Source of the DNA: Candidatus Saccharimonadota bacterium
Lineage (GTDB): Bacteria; Pseudomonadota; Gammaproteobacteria; Enterobacterales; Enterobacteriaceae
Assembly: GCF_023585745.1 (NCBI RefSeq)
Contig: NZ_CP097762.1
Span: forward strand, 630,001 to 662,000
Direction: 5' to 3'
Length of the DNA stretch: 32,000 nucleotides
Shown here: positions 1 to 12,185 of the stretch, piece by piece
Layout of the letters: each line of letters starts with the position of its first letter
Position numbering within the stretch: the stretch's first letter is position 1
The notes under the pieces: generated by a model
Databases searched by the model: none
What the model was told of the DNA's origin: nothing
Seen by the model: only the letters and a program-made list of their open reading frames with translations
Made by a program: the position numbers and the translations under genes

Positions 1-21
1 AAATTTTAATAAATCTTTCAC
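1..21 (-). CDS. rpoC: DNA-directed RNA polymerase subunit beta' (first 7 codons only; continues off the left edge)
   Basis: Reverse complement of 1-21 is GTG AAA GAT TTA TTA AAA TTT = (M)KDLLKF. This matches the enterobacterial RpoC N-terminus, including its GTG start. It lies 83 nt downstream of the rpoB stop, as in the E. coli rpoBC arrangement. Confidence 0.7.
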
Positions 22-104
22 AGACTAGCCTTTATTAGAGTAAATATAATTATATTTGTGTATAAAATATTCTGTTTAAAATAGCAGGTACGTTAATTGT
101 ACTA

Positions 105-3100
105 CTAATCTTCTAATTCTATGTTTATTCCTAACGATCGAATTTCTTTTAATAGGACGTTAAAAGATTCTGGCATTCCAGGATCCATAGTATGATTTCC
201 TTCAATAATGTTTTTATACATTTTAGTGCGTCCGGTAACGTCATCTGATTTTACAGTGAGCATTTCCTGTAATGTGTAAGATGCTCCATAGGCTTCTAGC
301 GCCCACACTTCCATTTCCCCAAACCGTTGTCCACCAAACTGTGCTTTTCCCCCTAATGGTTGTTGAGTTACTAAACTATAAGAGCCTGTGGATCGCGCAT
401 GCATTTTATCATCTACTAAATGATTTAATTTTAGCATATACATATAACCTACAGTCACTTGTCTTTCAAAAGCTTCTCCTGTGCATCCATCAAAGAGTGT
501 TATTTGACCAGAAATAGGTAGTTCAGCTAATTTTAAAAGATCCTTAATTTCTTTTTCTGTAGCGCCATCAAATACTGGTGTAGCTATAGGGAGGCCTTGT
601 TTTAAATTTTCAGCGAGCTTCAGTATGTCTTCATCTGATAATGCATTAAGATTTACGTTTTGTCGTGATCCTGCTCCTATATCATAAGCCTTTTGCATAA
701 ATTTTCTTAATTTATCAATTTTTTTTTGTTGTTCTAGCATAGAATGGATTTTATTCCCAATACCTTTTGCTGCCATACCTAGATGAGTCTCTAAAATTTG
801 CCCAATATTCATACGAGATGGGACTCCAAGTGGATTAAGCACTATATCTACAGGCACTCCGTATTGGTCATATGGCATATCTTCTATTGGATTAATTTTA
901 GAAATAACCCCTTTATTTCCATGTCGTCCAGCCATTTTATCTCCGGGCTGTATTTGTCGTTTAACAGCGAGATATACTTTAACTATCTTGAGTATACCAG
1001 GTGCTAGTTCATCTCCTTGGGTAATTTTACGTTCTTGAGCTTCCATCTTTTTTTTGAAGATGTTTTTTAGATTAGTATATTGTTTTGAAAATTGAGACAA
1101 TTGTTGTTGTGTATTTTTGTTAGGAACTATGAAATTAAACCAATTGTTTCTATTAGTTATTGATAATTGATCTTTTGTAATTCCACTATTTATTAATATA
1201 TCATAAACTCTATTAAATAATACTATTTCGAAAATTTGTAGTTCTTCATTTAAATCTTTTTTAATTTGTTCTATTTTTGCGGTTTCAATAATTAATGAAC
1301 GTTTATCTTTATTTATGCCATCTCTGGTAAATATTTGTATATCAATTACAGTTCCACATACTCCATTAGGAACACGTAAGGATGAATCTTTGACATCGGA
1401 AGCTTTTTCCCCGAATATAGCGCGCAATAATTTTTCTTCTGGTGTTAGTTGTGTTTCTCCTTTGGGGGTAACTTTTCCGACTAGTATGTCTCCTCCTGTT
1501 ACTTCTGCTCCTATATAAATTATTCCTGATTCATCTAATTTAGATAAAGCTGTCTCTCCTATATTTGGAATATCAGAGGTAATTTCTTCTGGTCCTAATT
1601 TAGTATCACGTGATATACAAGTTAATTCTTGTATATGTATACTTGTAAATCTGTCGTCTTGAACAACACGTTCTGAAACTAGCATAGAATCTTCAAAATT
1701 ATATCCGTTCCAAGGCATAAAGGCGATTCGCATATTTTGTCCCAAGGCTAACTCTCCTAAATCTGTAGACGGGCCATCCGCTATGACATCACCTTGTTTT
1801 ACTATTTCTCCCAAAGAAACACATGGTTTTTGATTAATGCAGGTATTTTGATTAGATCTAGTATATTTAGTTAAGTGATATATATCCACGCCTGATTCGT
1901 TGTTATGTGTCTCGCAGTTATTTACGTGAATTACGATACGTGATGCATCTACGTATTTAATAGTGCCACCGCGTTTCGCTATTACAGTTACACCAGAATC
2001 TATAGCTACTGCTCGTTCCATTCCAGTACCTACTAATGGTTTTTCGCTGCATAAGACAGGGACTGCTTGACGTTGCATGTTTGCGCCCATGAGTGCCCGA
2101 TTTGCATCATCATGTTCTAAAAAGGGAATTAAAGAAGCAGCTACTGATACTATTTGTTGTGTAGATACATCCATATAATTTATTTGATTTGTTTTGAATA
2201 AACCAGATTCTCCTTTATATCTACATGTGATTAAATCATCAATAAATTCCCCTTTTTCATTTAGATTAGTATTAGCTTGTGCAATTATAAAATCGCCTTC
2301 TTCAATTGCTGATAAGTATTGAATATTATTACTCACTACACCGTTATGTACTTGACGATAAGGTGTTTCCAAAAATCCGTATTGATTAGCTTTAGCGTAT
2401 ACAGATAATGAATTAATTAATCCGATATTTGGTCCTTCTGGAGTTTCAATGGGGCAAACTCTACCATAATGTGTAGGATGAACATCACGTACCTCAAAGC
2501 CTGCTCGTTCTCTGGTTAATCCACCAGGCCCTAATGCGGAAATGCGTCTTTTGTGAGTGATCTCTGATAATGGATTATTTTGATCCATAAATTGTGATAA
2601 TTGACTAGAACTAAAAAATTCTTTTATTGCAGCTGATATTGGTTTAGCATTAATTAAATCTTGTGGCATTAGTTCATCTATATCGCCTAGAGCTAGGCGT
2701 TCTTTTACTGCGCGTTCTACTCTGACTAGTCCAATTCTAAATTGATTTTCAGCCATTTCTCCTACAGAACGTATTCGTCTGTTTCCTAGATGATCTATAT
2801 CATCTACATTTCCTTTACCGTTTCTAATATCGATTAATTTTTTTATTACATCAACGATATCGGATTTTTTTAAGGTGACTGATGTGTCTGTTTGGGCGCG
2901 TTGCAATGTGTGATTGAATTTCATTCTTCCTACAGCAGATAGGTCATAGCGTTCTTCTGAAAAGAATAAATTTTCGAATAGATATTCAGCGGACTCTTTA
3001 GTAGGAGGTTCTCCAGGACGCATCACTCGATAAATTTCCATTAAGGCATCAGATTTATTAGTAGTAGTATCAATCCTTAAGGTTTCAGATATATAATTAC

Positions 3101-4130
3101 CATGATCTAGATCATTACTAAATAATGTTTCTATAGTTTTATATCCTGCATTAATTAAGTTATTTAATATATTAGAAGATATTTCAGTATTAGCTGTAGC
3201 AATGATTGTACCTGTTTTTTTGTCAATATAATCTTTTATAATGACTTTACCTATAATATAATCTATAGGAACTTTAATTTTTGAAATATTATCTTGTTTT
3301 AATTGCAGAATATGTTGTGCTGCGATACGACGGCCTTTTTGTACATATATAGTATTATTAGCTGTGATATCAAAAGATGCTGTTTCGCCCCGTAATCTTT
3401 CTGGAACTAAATGCATATATAGAGAATCATGTTGAATTTCATATGTAACTGTGCAAAAAAACGTTTGCAATATTGCATCTGTAGTGAAGTTTAACGCACG
3501 TAATATAATAGTAGCTGGTAGTTTTCTTCTTCTATCAATTCGTACAAATAAATTATCTTTTAAATCAAATTCAAAATCTAACCAGGATCCACGGTATGGA
3601 ATAATACGTGCATTATATAAGACTTTTCCAGATGAATGTGTTTTACCTTTATCACTGTCAAAGAAGACTCCTGGACTCCTGTGTAGTTGGGATACTATTA
3701 CACGTTCAATTCCGTTAATAATAAAAGTACCATTATCAGTCATGAGAGGAATTTCGCCCATGTATACTTCTTGTTCTTTAATATCTTTTATAGTGTTCTT
3801 TGATCCATTGCGTTCGTAAATTACTAGTGCTAATAACACTCTGAGTGGAGCAGAAAATGTGGTGCCACGAGTTTGGCATTCTTTCGTGTTGAAAGTGGGG
3901 ACGCCTAATTTATATTTTAGATATCTTAATTCAGCGTTTCCATTATAGCTTTTTATGGGGAAAATTGATTGAAATGCGATTTCTAATCCACATTGTTTTT
4001 TTGTATTACTTTGGATAAAACTTTGAAAAGAATCAATTTGAATAGATAGTAGATATGGAATGTCCAGAACTTGAGGGCGTTTTCCAAAATCTTTACGTAT
4101 ACGTTTTCTTTCAGTATAGGAATACACCAT
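105..4130 (-). CDS. rpoB: DNA-directed RNA polymerase subunit beta
   Basis: 1341-aa ORF starting [36 protein letters not shown], collinear with E. coli RpoB (1342 aa). ATG at 4130 with GAGGA 6 nt upstream. Confidence 0.99.
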   Translation of the reverse strand: MVYSYTERKRIRKDFGKRPQVLDIPYLLSIQIDSFQSFIQSNTKKQCGLEIAFQSIFPIKSYNGNAELRYLKYKLGVPTFNTKECQTRGTTFSAPLRVLLALVIYERNGSKNTIKDIKEQEVYMGEIPLMTDNGTFIINGIERVIVSQLHRSPGVFFDSDKGKTHSSGKVLYNARIIPYRGSWLDFEFDLKDNLFVRIDRRRKLPATIILRALNFTTDAILQTFFCTVTYEIQHDSLYMHLVPERLRGETASFDITANNTIYVQKGRRIAAQHILQLKQDNISKIKVPIDYIIGKVIIKDYIDKKTGTIIATANTEISSNILNNLINAGYKTIETLFSNDLDHGNYISETLRIDTTTNKSDALMEIYRVMRPGEPPTKESAEYLFENLFFSEERYDLSAVGRMKFNHTLQRAQTDTSVTLKKSDIVDVIKKLIDIRNGKGNVDDIDHLGNRRIRSVGEMAENQFRIGLVRVERAVKERLALGDIDELMPQDLINAKPISAAIKEFFSSSQLSQFMDQNNPLSEITHKRRISALGPGGLTRERAGFEVRDVHPTHYGRVCPIETPEGPNIGLINSLSVYAKANQYGFLETPYRQVHNGVVSNNIQYLSAIEEGDFIIAQANTNLNEKGEFIDDLITCRYKGESGLFKTNQINYMDVSTQQIVSVAASLIPFLEHDDANRALMGANMQRQAVPVLCSEKPLVGTGMERAVAIDSGVTVIAKRGGTIKYVDASRIVIHVNNCETHNNESGVDIYHLTKYTRSNQNTCINQKPCVSLGEIVKQGDVIADGPSTDLGELALGQNMRIAFMPWNGYNFEDSMLVSERVVQDDRFTSIHIQELTCISRDTKLGPEEITSDIPNIGETALSKLDESGIIYIGAEVTGGDILVGKVTPKGETQLTPEEKLLRAIFGEKASDVKDSSLRVPNGVCGTVIDIQIFTRDGINKDKRSLIIETAKIEQIKKDLNEELQIFEIVLFNRVYDILINSGITKDQLSITNRNNWFNFIVPNKNTQQQLSQFSKQYTNLKNIFKKKMEAQERKITQGDELAPGILKIVKVYLAVKRQIQPGDKMAGRHGNKGVISKINPIEDMPYDQYGVPVDIVLNPLGVPSRMNIGQILETHLGMAAKGIGNKIHSMLEQQKKIDKLRKFMQKAYDIGAGSRQNVNLNALSDEDILKLAENLKQGLPIATPVFDGATEKEIKDLLKLAELPISGQITLFDGCTGEAFERQVTVGYMYMLKLNHLVDDKMHARSTGSYSLVTQQPLGGKAQFGGQRFGEMEVWALEAYGASYTLQEMLTVKSDDVTGRTKMYKNIIEGNHTMDPGMPESFNVLLKEIRSLGINIELED

Positions 4131-4361
4131 GAAATTCCTCGAATAATTAATGATATAGGTGAGTTTAAAAATTTTAATTTAGTAGTTTTGTAAATGATAG
4201 TCAGTATTTAGTATTTTTAAGTATTTGATTGTATATAAAGTATGTATTACACAATTTTACTGTGTTTCAACTAAGCGAATTTTATTATTTAATGGAATAA
4301 ATTTTATTTAATTAAAGTTAATTTATCAGATAAGAGCATTGGTTTTGTTGGTTATCTTATT

Positions 4362-4733
4362 TTATTTAATATCTACAGATGCTCCTATTGTTTCCAGGGT
4401 TTTTTTGATAGATTCAGCATCATTTTTATTTATTGACTCTTTTAACATGACAGGAGCTGATTCAACTAGTTCTTTTGATTCTTTTAATCCCAGTCCAGTG
4501 ATACTACGTACTGTTTTTATAACAGGAATTTTGTTGTTTCCTATAGCAGTCAAAAATACGTTAAATTCAGTTTGTTCTTCTACAATTTTTTGTACTACTT
4601 CAGTAGTAGTAGATTCTAATGGCTTAGTGGAAGTAATGCCGAATTTTTTTTCTATCATAGAAGTTAATTGTACTACATCCATCACAGACATATCAGAAAT
4701 AGCGTCTAAGATTTGTTCTTTTGTTAGAGACAT
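4362..4733 (-). CDS. rplL: 50S ribosomal protein L7/L12
   Basis: [23 protein letters not shown]... matches E. coli L7/L12 ([23 protein letters not shown]). The track ORF begins 4 codons earlier at a TTG (4745); the ATG at 4733 aligns with the homolog start. Confidence 0.96.
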   Translation of the reverse strand: MSLTKEQILDAISDMSVMDVVQLTSMIEKKFGITSTKPLESTTTEVVQKIVEEQTEFNVFLTAIGNNKIPVIKTVRSITGLGLKESKELVESAPVMLKESINKNDAESIKKTLETIGASVDIK

Positions 4734-4819
4734 AATAATTTCCAAAAATGTAAAAATATAATTTTTTATATGTATATTGTATACAATATATTATTATTAG
4801 TTTAATTAAGTGTTTAAAT

Positions 4820-5326
4820 CTAATTGATTTGGTGTTTGTTGTGTTTATTAGACCATAAATATAATATACTTATTAAGTTTCCTATGCTATTTATGTGTAT
4901 AGCATTAATTAATTTATAAATAGCTTCTTGTTTATTGGGCAAGTTATATAAAATACTGATTTGCGACGCAGGAATAAATTTACCTTCAAAGGCTGCTCCT
5001 TTTATTTGGAAGTTTTCATGATGTTTGGAAAAATTTACAAAAATACGCACAGAATCTTGTGGTTGTTTCATAGAAAATGCTATTATGTTTTGTCCGAAAA
5101 GCGTGTTCTTTAGACACTCTAAAGAAGTGTGTTCTATTATTTTTTTTATCAATGTATTTCTAATAACGTACACATGTACGTTAAGATTTCTTGCTTCTTT
5201 TCTTAAATAAGAAATCTCATTTACTGAGATTTTTTCTATAGAGGCTATCACCGCAGATAATGCTTGTTGGGCAATTTTGTTAATATTACAGATTATGTCT
5301 TTTTTTTTCTGAAATCCCAATACCAT
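4820..5326 (-). CDS. rplJ: 50S ribosomal protein L10
   Basis: 168 aa. The motifs ...ALSAVIA..., VIRNTL and AAFEGKFIPASQI are collinear with E. coli L10. ATG at 5326. Position between rplA and rplL is conserved. Confidence 0.96.
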   Translation of the reverse strand: MVLGFQKKKDIICNINKIAQQALSAVIASIEKISVNEISYLRKEARNLNVHVYVIRNTLIKKIIEHTSLECLKNTLFGQNIIAFSMKQPQDSVRIFVNFSKHHENFQIKGAAFEGKFIPASQISILYNLPNKQEAIYKLINAIHINSIGNLISILYLWSNKHNKHQIN

Positions 5327-5747
5327 TACTATACCTTTAATAAATTTAATATGTATAACATACTAATTATATCCTATTTAATTAGTGTAATTTGTAGTAA
5401 TTTTTTATTTTATGCGTTAAATTAACTACAATTATGAATTTTTTATAACACGATATTTTATTTTAAAATTAAATTTAGTTTATAGTTTTGTGTAAAACTG
5501 ATTAACAAAGATAACCACAACCTTGCATCAACAAGGTAATTTCTGTATAGATTACAGAATCGTATTATTTTAGCATATGATAGAATCATCAGCGCATCCT
5601 TACTGGATTATATCATTTAATTTTAGAAAATTATATAATTTATTATTATAAATGTTGCATAATAATATATTATGCTTGCTAAAATTTAATTATAATCTGT
5701 AAAGATGCCAAATTTTTGATAAAAATTTAAATAGCATTTATATATTG
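5327..5747 (-). promoter_or_regulatory. rplA-rplJ intergenic region: probable rplJ promoter plus long L10 leader (autoregulatory leader expected by analogy with E. coli)
   Basis: This 421-nt untranslated gap is comparable to the long E. coli rplJ leader. A G+C-richer island at about 5510-5620 contains two small hairpins: ccttg/catcaa/caagg at 5521-5536 and ttctgta/tagat/tacagaa at 5541-5559. No sequence-level match to the known leader can be asserted by eye. Confidence 0.3.
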
Positions 5748-5760
5748 CTAAATGCTATTT
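5729..5760 (-). terminator. Hairpin spanning the rplA stop codon (12-bp perfect stem, 8-nt loop) followed by AAAUUUUUAUC; candidate terminator or attenuator between rplKA and rplJL
   Basis: aaatagcattta / tatattgc / taaatgctattt, read directly. The 5' arm on the minus strand is the last codons of rplA, and a U5 run begins 3 nt after the stem. Confidence 0.4.
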
Positions 5761-6464
5761 TGATCAATAGTTACTGACTTACCCATAGTAGTGGAGATAT
5801 TTATTTTTTTTATATAAGTTCCTTTGTGTGTGTATGGTTTGACGTGTTTAATCGATAAAATTAATGTTTCTAAGTTTTCTCTAAGATAAGAGGTATCGAA
5901 ATTAATTTTTCCAATAGTAGCATGAATAATACCATTTTTGTCATTTTTGTAACGTATTTGCCCTAATTTAGCTTTTTTTACCGATTCTGATATATTATTG
6001 GATATAGTGCCCATTTTAATATTAGGCATTAAACCCTTGGGTCCTAAAATAGGACCAAGTTTGTTGATCAATGGCATTACATCAGAAGATGCAATAATTA
6101 CATCTGGTAAATATTTTTCTATCTTTATTTTATTGCATAAATCTTCTAATCCGACTATGTCGGCTCCTGCGTCTTTAGCTAATTTAATATTTTCCCCCTG
6201 CGCAAAAACAGCAACTTGTATATTGCGTCCAATTCCATGCGGTAAAACGACAGAACTACGTATATTCTGGTCAGATTTACGTGTGTCAATACCTAAATTA
6301 ATCGCAACATCAACACTTTCGATGAATTTTGCTTTTTTCATTTTTTTTAATATTTCTAATCCATCGGATATGTTATATTGTTGAGAGTTGTCACAATCTT
6401 TTTGCATTATATATATTTTTTTATTTTTTTTTCTATTTTTTTTATTTTTGTTAAATTTGTTCAT
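5748..6464 (-). CDS. rplA: 50S ribosomal protein L1 (Lys/Asn-rich N-terminal region about 9 aa longer than E. coli L1)
   Basis: [32 protein letters not shown] and [15 protein letters not shown] match E. coli L1 closely. ATG at 6464 lies 6 nt after the rplK stop, a coupled arrangement as in E. coli. An alternative internal Met sits at codon 20. Confidence 0.93.
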   Translation of the reverse strand: MNKFNKNKKNRKKNKKIYIMQKDCDNSQQYNISDGLEILKKMKKAKFIESVDVAINLGIDTRKSDQNIRSSVVLPHGIGRNIQVAVFAQGENIKLAKDAGADIVGLEDLCNKIKIEKYLPDVIIASSDVMPLINKLGPILGPKGLMPNIKMGTISNNISESVKKAKLGQIRYKNDKNGIIHATIGKINFDTSYLRENLETLILSIKHVKPYTHKGTYIKKINISTTMGKSVTIDQNSI

Positions 6465-6470
6465 AGTATA

Positions 6471-6902
6471 TTAATCTTCCACTTCAAGCCCTATAGAATG
6501 AGCTGTGCCTATAATAGACCGTGACATTGCTTCTATGTTAGCTCCTGTCATATCGTCGGATTTAATTTGTGCGATATTATAAATTTGGGTGCGTGATATT
6601 TTTCCTGCATTTATTATTTTTGTTTTTCCTGATCCAGACGTAATATTTGCAGATTTTTTTAGTAAAAATGCAGCTGGAGGGGTTTTAGTAATGAATGTAA
6701 ACGAACGATCGTTATATACTGTAATTATCACTGGAATTGGTAGAGTTTTTTCAAGTTTTTCAGTTTTTTCATTAAATGCTTTACAAAATTCCATGATATT
6801 AATCCCTTGTTGACCTAAGGCTGGTCCAATGGGAGGGCTGGGATTAGCGGTGCCAGCTAAAATTTGTAGTTTAATGCGAGCTTTTATTTTTTTTTTTACC
6901 AT
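6471..6902 (-). CDS. rplK: 50S ribosomal protein L11
   Basis: [30 protein letters not shown] is near-identical to E. coli L11. I prefer the ATG at 6902, preceded by AGGTGA at proper spacing, over the track's GTG at 6911, because that GTG lies inside the SD-like motif. Confidence 0.96.
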   Translation of the reverse strand: MVKKKIKARIKLQILAGTANPSPPIGPALGQQGINIMEFCKAFNEKTEKLEKTLPIPVIITVYNDRSFTFITKTPPAAFLLKKSANITSGSGKTKIINAGKISRTQIYNIAQIKSDDMTGANIEAMSRSIIGTAHSIGLEVED

Positions 6903-7018
6903 ATTAATCACCTATAGAACAAGAATCAATAATGTTTATTAGATAATATATCTAATATTTTTTAGATAATTATATTTTTCTGTGTACATATGTTTATATA
7001 TGTAAATAATATTTAAAA

Positions 7019-7567
7019 TTATGATTTTTCAACTTGAGAAAAATCTAGTTCTACTGGGGTAGATCGACCAAAAATAGATACTGATACTTTTAAACGATTT
7101 TTTTCATAATCTACTTCTTCTACAATAGCATTGAAGTCAGAAAATGGACCACTGTTTACTCGAATTAATTCTCCAGGCTCGAATAAAGTTTTAGGACGCG
7201 GTTTATCACCTATTTGTTGTAATCTGCGCATAATATTATCTAGTTCTTTATCTCCGATAGGCGCAGGTTTATCGCATGTTCCTCCAATAAAACCCATAAC
7301 ATGTGGAATGTTTCGTACCAAGTGCCAACTGGATTCAGTCATTACCATTTGTATTAATACATAACCAGGAAAAAATTTACGTTCACTTTTTCTTCTTTGT
7401 CCAAATCGCATTTCCACTACTTCTTCGGTAGGCACTAGTACTTCACCAAACATTAATTCCATGTTATGGAGTTTAATATGTTCACGTAAAGAGCGAGCTA
7501 CTCGATTTTCGAACCCAGAAAATGCTTGGATAACATACCAACGTTTTTTTATTGAAGTATTAGTCAT
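7019..7567 (-). CDS. nusG: Transcription termination/antitermination factor NusG
   Basis: [31 protein letters not shown]..., [19 protein letters not shown] and ...[10 protein letters not shown] match along the whole length of E. coli NusG. Confidence 0.98.
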   Translation of the reverse strand: MTNTSIKKRWYVIQAFSGFENRVARSLREHIKLHNMELMFGEVLVPTEEVVEMRFGQRRKSERKFFPGYVLIQMVMTESSWHLVRNIPHVMGFIGGTCDKPAPIGDKELDNIMRRLQQIGDKPRPKTLFEPGELIRVNSGPFSDFNAIVEEVDYEKNRLKVSVSIFGRSTPVELDFSQVEKS

Positions 7568-7571
7568 TTTT

Positions 7572-7946
7572 TTATAGTTTTAACCCAAATGATATGATAT
7601 ACACTAGAACAGTGTCTAAACCCCACAGTAATAATGACATAATAATAGTTACTCCTATTATAATAAGAGTAGTGTTTAGTCCATCTTTATAAGTAGGCCA
7701 TACTACCTTTTTTAGTTCAATATGCGCTTCTTTTCCAAATTTAATTATTAGTTTTCCAGATGTAGTAGTTAATATAATGCATGAAGCGACACTTATCACC
7801 AGCAGTAGAACAACGCTGCGCATGTAGATATTATATTGACAATATAAATAATTACCGATGATAGAGCTGATCAATAATATGCCTGCGCTTATCCATTTTG
7901 TTATTTCTAATATATATTTTTCTTTGTTTGTTTTATTTTTTTGCAT
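7572..7946 (-). CDS. secE: Preprotein translocase subunit SecE
   Basis: 124 aa, three hydrophobic segments. GNYLY and VVWPT...[20 protein letters not shown] match E. coli SecE. Stop is 4 nt before the nusG start. Confidence 0.93.
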   Translation of the reverse strand: MQKNKTNKEKYILEITKWISAGILLISSIIGNYLYCQYNIYMRSVVLLLVISVASCIILTTTSGKLIIKFGKEAHIELKKVVWPTYKDGLNTTLIIIGVTIIMSLLLWGLDTVLVYIISFGLKL

Positions 7947-8024
7947 GTAATATGCATTATTTATTGTGTAAGTTTAAGAATTATATTGCAGAATATAACC
8001 ATTAGTTGTTAATTATGTAATGAT

Positions 8025-9209
8025 TTAAGATATAACTTTAGATACAATACCAGCTCCTATAGTACGTCCACCTTCTCTGATAGCAAATCTCAATCCTTCA
8101 TCCATAGCTATTGGAGAAATTAGCTGCACTAACATTTTAATGTTATCACCGGGCATTACCATATCAATATTTTTTGGTAGTTCAATAGTGCCAGTAACAT
8201 CTGTAGTACGAAAATAAAATTGAGGACGATAACCTTTAAAAAATGGAGTATGTCTGCCTCCTTCGTCTTTATTTAAGACGTATACCTCTGATTCAAAACA
8301 AGAATGAGGTTTTATGTATCCAGGTTTAGATAAAACTTGCCCTCTTTCTACTTCATCTCTTTTAGTTCCACGCAATAAAATACCAACATTTTCTCCAGCG
8401 CGCCCTTCATCCAATAACTTTCGAAACATTTCTACTCCAGTACAAGTAGTTTTTACTGTATTTTTTATACCAACAATTTCTATTTCTTCTCCAACTTTAA
8501 TGATACCACTTTCTATGCGTCCAGTAACAACAGTGCCTCTTCCAGATATAGAGAATACATCTTCTATAGGCAGTAGAAATGGTTGATCAATAGCACGTTT
8601 AGGTTCAGGGATATAGCTATCTAATATATTAGATAATTCCAATATTTTGTTTGACCAGAGTTCATCGCCTTCTAATGCTTTTATTGCAGATCCACGAATT
8701 ATAGGAGTGCTGTCTCCTGGAAAATCATATTGAGATAATAATTCCCGCATCTCCATTTCTACTAATTCCAATAATTCTTCATCATCAACCATATCACATT
8801 TATTGATAAATACAATAATATGAGGTACTCCTACTTGTCTAGCTAATAAAATATGTTCTCTAGTTTGGGGCATAGGTCCATCGGTAGCTGCTACCACTAG
8901 AATTGCTCCATCCATTTGTGCAGCACCAGTGATCATATTTTTTACATAATCGGCATGTCCTGGGCAATCTACATGAGCGTAATGTCTGGATTTAGTGTCA
9001 TATTCGACATGCGAAGTGTTTATGGTAATACCGCGTGCTTTTTCTTCTGGAGCATTGTCGATTTGATCAAAGGCACAGGCAGACCCACCATAATATTTAG
9101 ATAAAACAGTAGTTATAGCAGAAGTTAAAGTAGTTTTTCCGTGATCAACATGACCAATGGTGCCGACATTAATGTGTGGTTTTATGCGTTTAAATGTTTC
9201 TTTAGACAC
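8025..9209 (-). CDS. tuf: Elongation factor Tu (the only tuf copy in this window)
   Basis: 394 aa, [27 protein letters not shown]... GTG start at 9209 as in E. coli tufA/tufB, with AGAGGAA upstream. Confidence 0.99.
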   Translation of the reverse strand: MSKETFKRIKPHINVGTIGHVDHGKTTLTSAITTVLSKYYGGSACAFDQIDNAPEEKARGITINTSHVEYDTKSRHYAHVDCPGHADYVKNMITGAAQMDGAILVVAATDGPMPQTREHILLARQVGVPHIIVFINKCDMVDDEELLELVEMEMRELLSQYDFPGDSTPIIRGSAIKALEGDELWSNKILELSNILDSYIPEPKRAIDQPFLLPIEDVFSISGRGTVVTGRIESGIIKVGEEIEIVGIKNTVKTTCTGVEMFRKLLDEGRAGENVGILLRGTKRDEVERGQVLSKPGYIKPHSCFESEVYVLNKDEGGRHTPFFKGYRPQFYFRTTDVTGTIELPKNIDMVMPGDNIKMLVQLISPIAMDEGLRFAIREGGRTIGAGIVSKVIS

Positions 9210-9256
9210 TTTATATTCCTCTTATTTTATAGTAAGGCCAGTATTAATTATTTATT

Positions 9257-11380
9257 TTATTTAATACGAGTATTTATAATAGTTTGTGTAATGTTATTAG
9301 GAACTTCATTATATTTTAAAAATTCCATAGAATAGGAAGCGCGTCCTTGAGTCTGTGAACGTAAACTAGTAGCATATCCGAACATTTCAGATAAAGGCAC
9401 ATGGGCATAAATTATTTTATCATTAAACTCAGAATTTTTTAGATTGTTAATTATACCACGTCTGCGGTTTAAATCTGCTATAACATCTCCCATATATTCT
9501 TCAGGGGTCTCAATTTCTACATGCATAATAGGTTCTAGTAATATGGGATCAGCTTTCATAAATCCTTCTTTAAATGCTATGGAAGCAGCAATTTTAAATG
9601 CTATTTCTGATGAATCAACTTCATGATAAGATCCATCAAACACGGCCACGCAAATATTTACTATTGGATAACCGGCGAGTACCCCATTGTGTATTTGTTC
9701 TTGTATACCTTTATCAATAGATGGGATATATTCTTTTGGAATTGCTCCGCCTATAATTTCATTTAAAAATTTATAATTTATTTCTTTTTTTGTTGTTTTA
9801 TTTTTATGTATAGGTTCGATGCGTAACCAAACATGCCCAAATTGCCCTCTTCCTCCTGATTGTCTGATAAATTTGCCTTCTTGTTTTACGCTGTTTCGGA
9901 TAGTTTCTCGATAAGCAACTTGTGGTTTTCCTACATTAGCTGTTACATTAAATTCTCGTTTCATGCGTTCTACAAGTATTTCTAAATGTAATTCCCCCAT
10001 ACCAGCTATAATAGTTTGTCCAGAATCTTTATCAATCCAGACTCGAAAAGATGGATCTTCTTGAGCTAATCGATGTAAGGCTAAACTCATTTTTTCTTGA
10101 TCTACTTTAGTTTTTGCTTCGACCATAACAGAAATTACTGGTTCTGGGAATTCCATACGTTCAAGAATAATGGGAGCATTAGGATCACACAAAGTATCTC
10201 CAGTAGAGACATCTTTTAACCCAATAGCAGCAGCAATGTCTCCAGAATGCACTACTTTAATTTCTTCTCTTTTATTAGCATGCATTTGTACGATTCTTCC
10301 AAAACGTTCATGTTTTTCTTTTGTAGCATTAAAAATGTTATCTCCGGAATTTACGACGCCTGAATATACTCGAAAAAAAGTTAAATTTCCTACAAATGGA
10401 TCTGTAGCTATTTTAAAAGCTAGAGCTGAAAATGGTTCATGATCGCTAGCGTTTCTTGTGATCTGTGTAGAGTTATTTTTAATTACTCCGGTAACAGATT
10501 TTATATCGCTTGGAGCTGGTAAATATTCTATAACAGCATCTAACATTGCTTGTACACCTTTATTTTTAAAAGCTGATCCACATGTTACTAATACAATTTC
10601 ATTGTTTAGAACTCTTTGACGTAATGCAGATTTAATTTCTTTTTCTGTTAATGAATTATTTTCAGATAAATATTTTTCCATTAATTCTTCAGAGGTTTCC
10701 ACAGCAGCTTCTATTAAATATTTATGCCATTTATGTGATAATTCTGTGAATTTTTTAGGTATATCGCTGTAAGTAAAGGTAACTCCTTGGTCTGATTCAT
10801 TCCAATGAATGGCTTTCATTTTAATTAAATCGATAATTCCTTTGAATTCATCTTCTGAACCTAAAGCTAATTGAATGGGCACGGGATTTGCACGTAGTTT
10901 AGTTTTTAACTGATTTACGACTCGTAAGTAGTTTGCGCCCACTCTGTCCATTTTATTTATAAACGCAATACGTGGTACTTTGTATTTATTTGCTTGACGC
11001 CATACTGTTTCAGATTGTGGTTGTACGCCTCCTACAGCACAATAAATCATTACTACTCCATCAAGTATGCGCATAGAACGTTCTACTTCTACGGTAAAGT
11101 CAACATGACCAGGAGTATCTATAATATTAATACGATGCGCATCGAATTGTTTTGCCATACCAGACCAAAAGCATGTTGTTGCCGCAGAAGTGATAGTTAT
11201 ACCTCGTTCTTGTTCTTGTTCCATCCAATCCATTGTTGCAGAACCAGTATGTACTTCGCCAATTTTATGATTTACACCTGTATAAAATAAAATTCGTTCA
11301 GTAGTAGTAGTTTTTCCTGCGTCGATATGCGCACTGATACCAATATTACGGTACCGTATAATCGGTGTTACACGAGCCAT
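9257..11380 (-). CDS. fusA: Elongation factor G
   Basis: [35 protein letters not shown]... is collinear with E. coli EF-G. The track ORF starts at TTG 11392; the ATG at 11380 aligns with the E. coli start and has GAGGG upstream. Confidence 0.98.
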   Translation of the reverse strand: MARVTPIIRYRNIGISAHIDAGKTTTTERILFYTGVNHKIGEVHTGSATMDWMEQEQERGITITSAATTCFWSGMAKQFDAHRINIIDTPGHVDFTVEVERSMRILDGVVMIYCAVGGVQPQSETVWRQANKYKVPRIAFINKMDRVGANYLRVVNQLKTKLRANPVPIQLALGSEDEFKGIIDLIKMKAIHWNESDQGVTFTYSDIPKKFTELSHKWHKYLIEAAVETSEELMEKYLSENNSLTEKEIKSALRQRVLNNEIVLVTCGSAFKNKGVQAMLDAVIEYLPAPSDIKSVTGVIKNNSTQITRNASDHEPFSALAFKIATDPFVGNLTFFRVYSGVVNSGDNIFNATKEKHERFGRIVQMHANKREEIKVVHSGDIAAAIGLKDVSTGDTLCDPNAPIILERMEFPEPVISVMVEAKTKVDQEKMSLALHRLAQEDPSFRVWIDKDSGQTIIAGMGELHLEILVERMKREFNVTANVGKPQVAYRETIRNSVKQEGKFIRQSGGRGQFGHVWLRIEPIHKNKTTKKEINYKFLNEIIGGAIPKEYIPSIDKGIQEQIHNGVLAGYPIVNICVAVFDGSYHEVDSSEIAFKIAASIAFKEGFMKADPILLEPIMHVEIETPEEYMGDVIADLNRRRGIINNLKNSEFNDKIIYAHVPLSEMFGYATSLRSQTQGRASYSMEFLKYNEVPNNITQTIINTRIK

Positions 11381-11553
11381 TTCTGCCCTCAATAAGTAAT
11401 ATAATATAGTTTTTAATAAAATATTTTGTTTATTTCATTTGAAAATTTATGAGCTTTAGTATTGTAAAAAGTATATATAAAATTTATATAAGAATGTTAG
11501 TGATTATTAAATTTTAAGTGTTAAAAGAATTCATTTAAATTTAATAGTATCAA

Positions 11554-12045
11554 TCACCAGCGATAATGCGCAAAAGCTTTATTGGATTCTGCTATTCGGT
11601 GTATTTCTTCTCGTTTTTTTACGGCGTTTCCTTTGTTTTCTGTAGCATCTATTAATTCATTTGCGAGACGTAATTCCATAGATTTATCTTGTCTTTTTCG
11701 AGCTGATTCAATAATCCACCGCATTGCTAAAGTATTTCTACGTGTTAGACGTACTTCTACGGGCACTTGATAAGTGGACCCTCCAACTCTTCTGGATTTT
11801 ACTTCTACAATAGGACGTACGTTATTTAAAGCTATTTCAAATATTTTTAAACAGTCTTCTTCTTTTTTGTTATGATTACGCTGGAATTTTTTAGACAACA
11901 TATTTAATGCTGAGTATACTATTGTTTCTGCAATGGATTTTTTTCCATTTAACATTAAAATATTAATAAATTTTGCTAATAAATCAGACCCGAATTTTGG
12001 TTCTGGGGAAATGTTGCGTTTCATGATAAAATGACGGCGCGACAT
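11554..12045 (-). CDS. rpsG: 30S ribosomal protein S7
   Basis: [44 protein letters not shown] and a C-terminus of ...NKAFAHYRW match S7. AAGGAG SD upstream of the ATG at 12045. Confidence 0.98.
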   Translation of the reverse strand: MSRRHFIMKRNISPEPKFGSDLLAKFINILMLNGKKSIAETIVYSALNMLSKKFQRNHNKKEEDCLKIFEIALNNVRPIVEVKSRRVGGSTYQVPVEVRLTRRNTLAMRWIIESARKRQDKSMELRLANELIDATENKGNAVKKREEIHRIAESNKAFAHYRW

Positions 12046-12185
12046 ACATTTTTACTCCTTTTAAAATTTACCCCTATTACTAGGTAATGCAGTTGTATCG
12101 GTGTAAATTTAATATGATATATATTTAAAATATGACGCAATAAATGCGCTCGATGATTATTTATATAATGTTACTATCGTTACTG

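Noticed and set aside
4339-4761. 140-aa + strand ORF, plus the other + strand track ORFs inside rpoB, rplJ, rplA, rplK, nusG, tuf, fusA, rpsG, pabA, aroB, aroK, corA and yigB, and the - strand ORF 22538-22720 inside yhgN.
   Set aside because: All are antisense to genes with unambiguous full-length homology. Their translations are low-complexity with no recognisable family. They are open only because the complement of a real coding frame is depleted in stop codons.
4773-4790. 18-bp perfect palindrome tatattgtatacaatata in the rplJ-rplL gap, and a 14-bp palindrome aactaaatttagtt at the asd stop (21077-21090).
   Set aside because: About one zero-loop palindrome of this length is expected by chance in the window. 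They would form only short hairpins. I note them but do not call them sites.
11381-11392. N-terminal extensions in the ORF track: fusA (MRAE-), rplL (MEII-, 4734-4745), rplK (MIN-, 6903-6911) and rpe (MSRII-, 16964-16978).
   Set aside because: These begin at TTG or GTG codons upstream of an ATG that aligns exactly with the E. coli start. In rplK and fusA the extension overlaps the SD-like motif itself.
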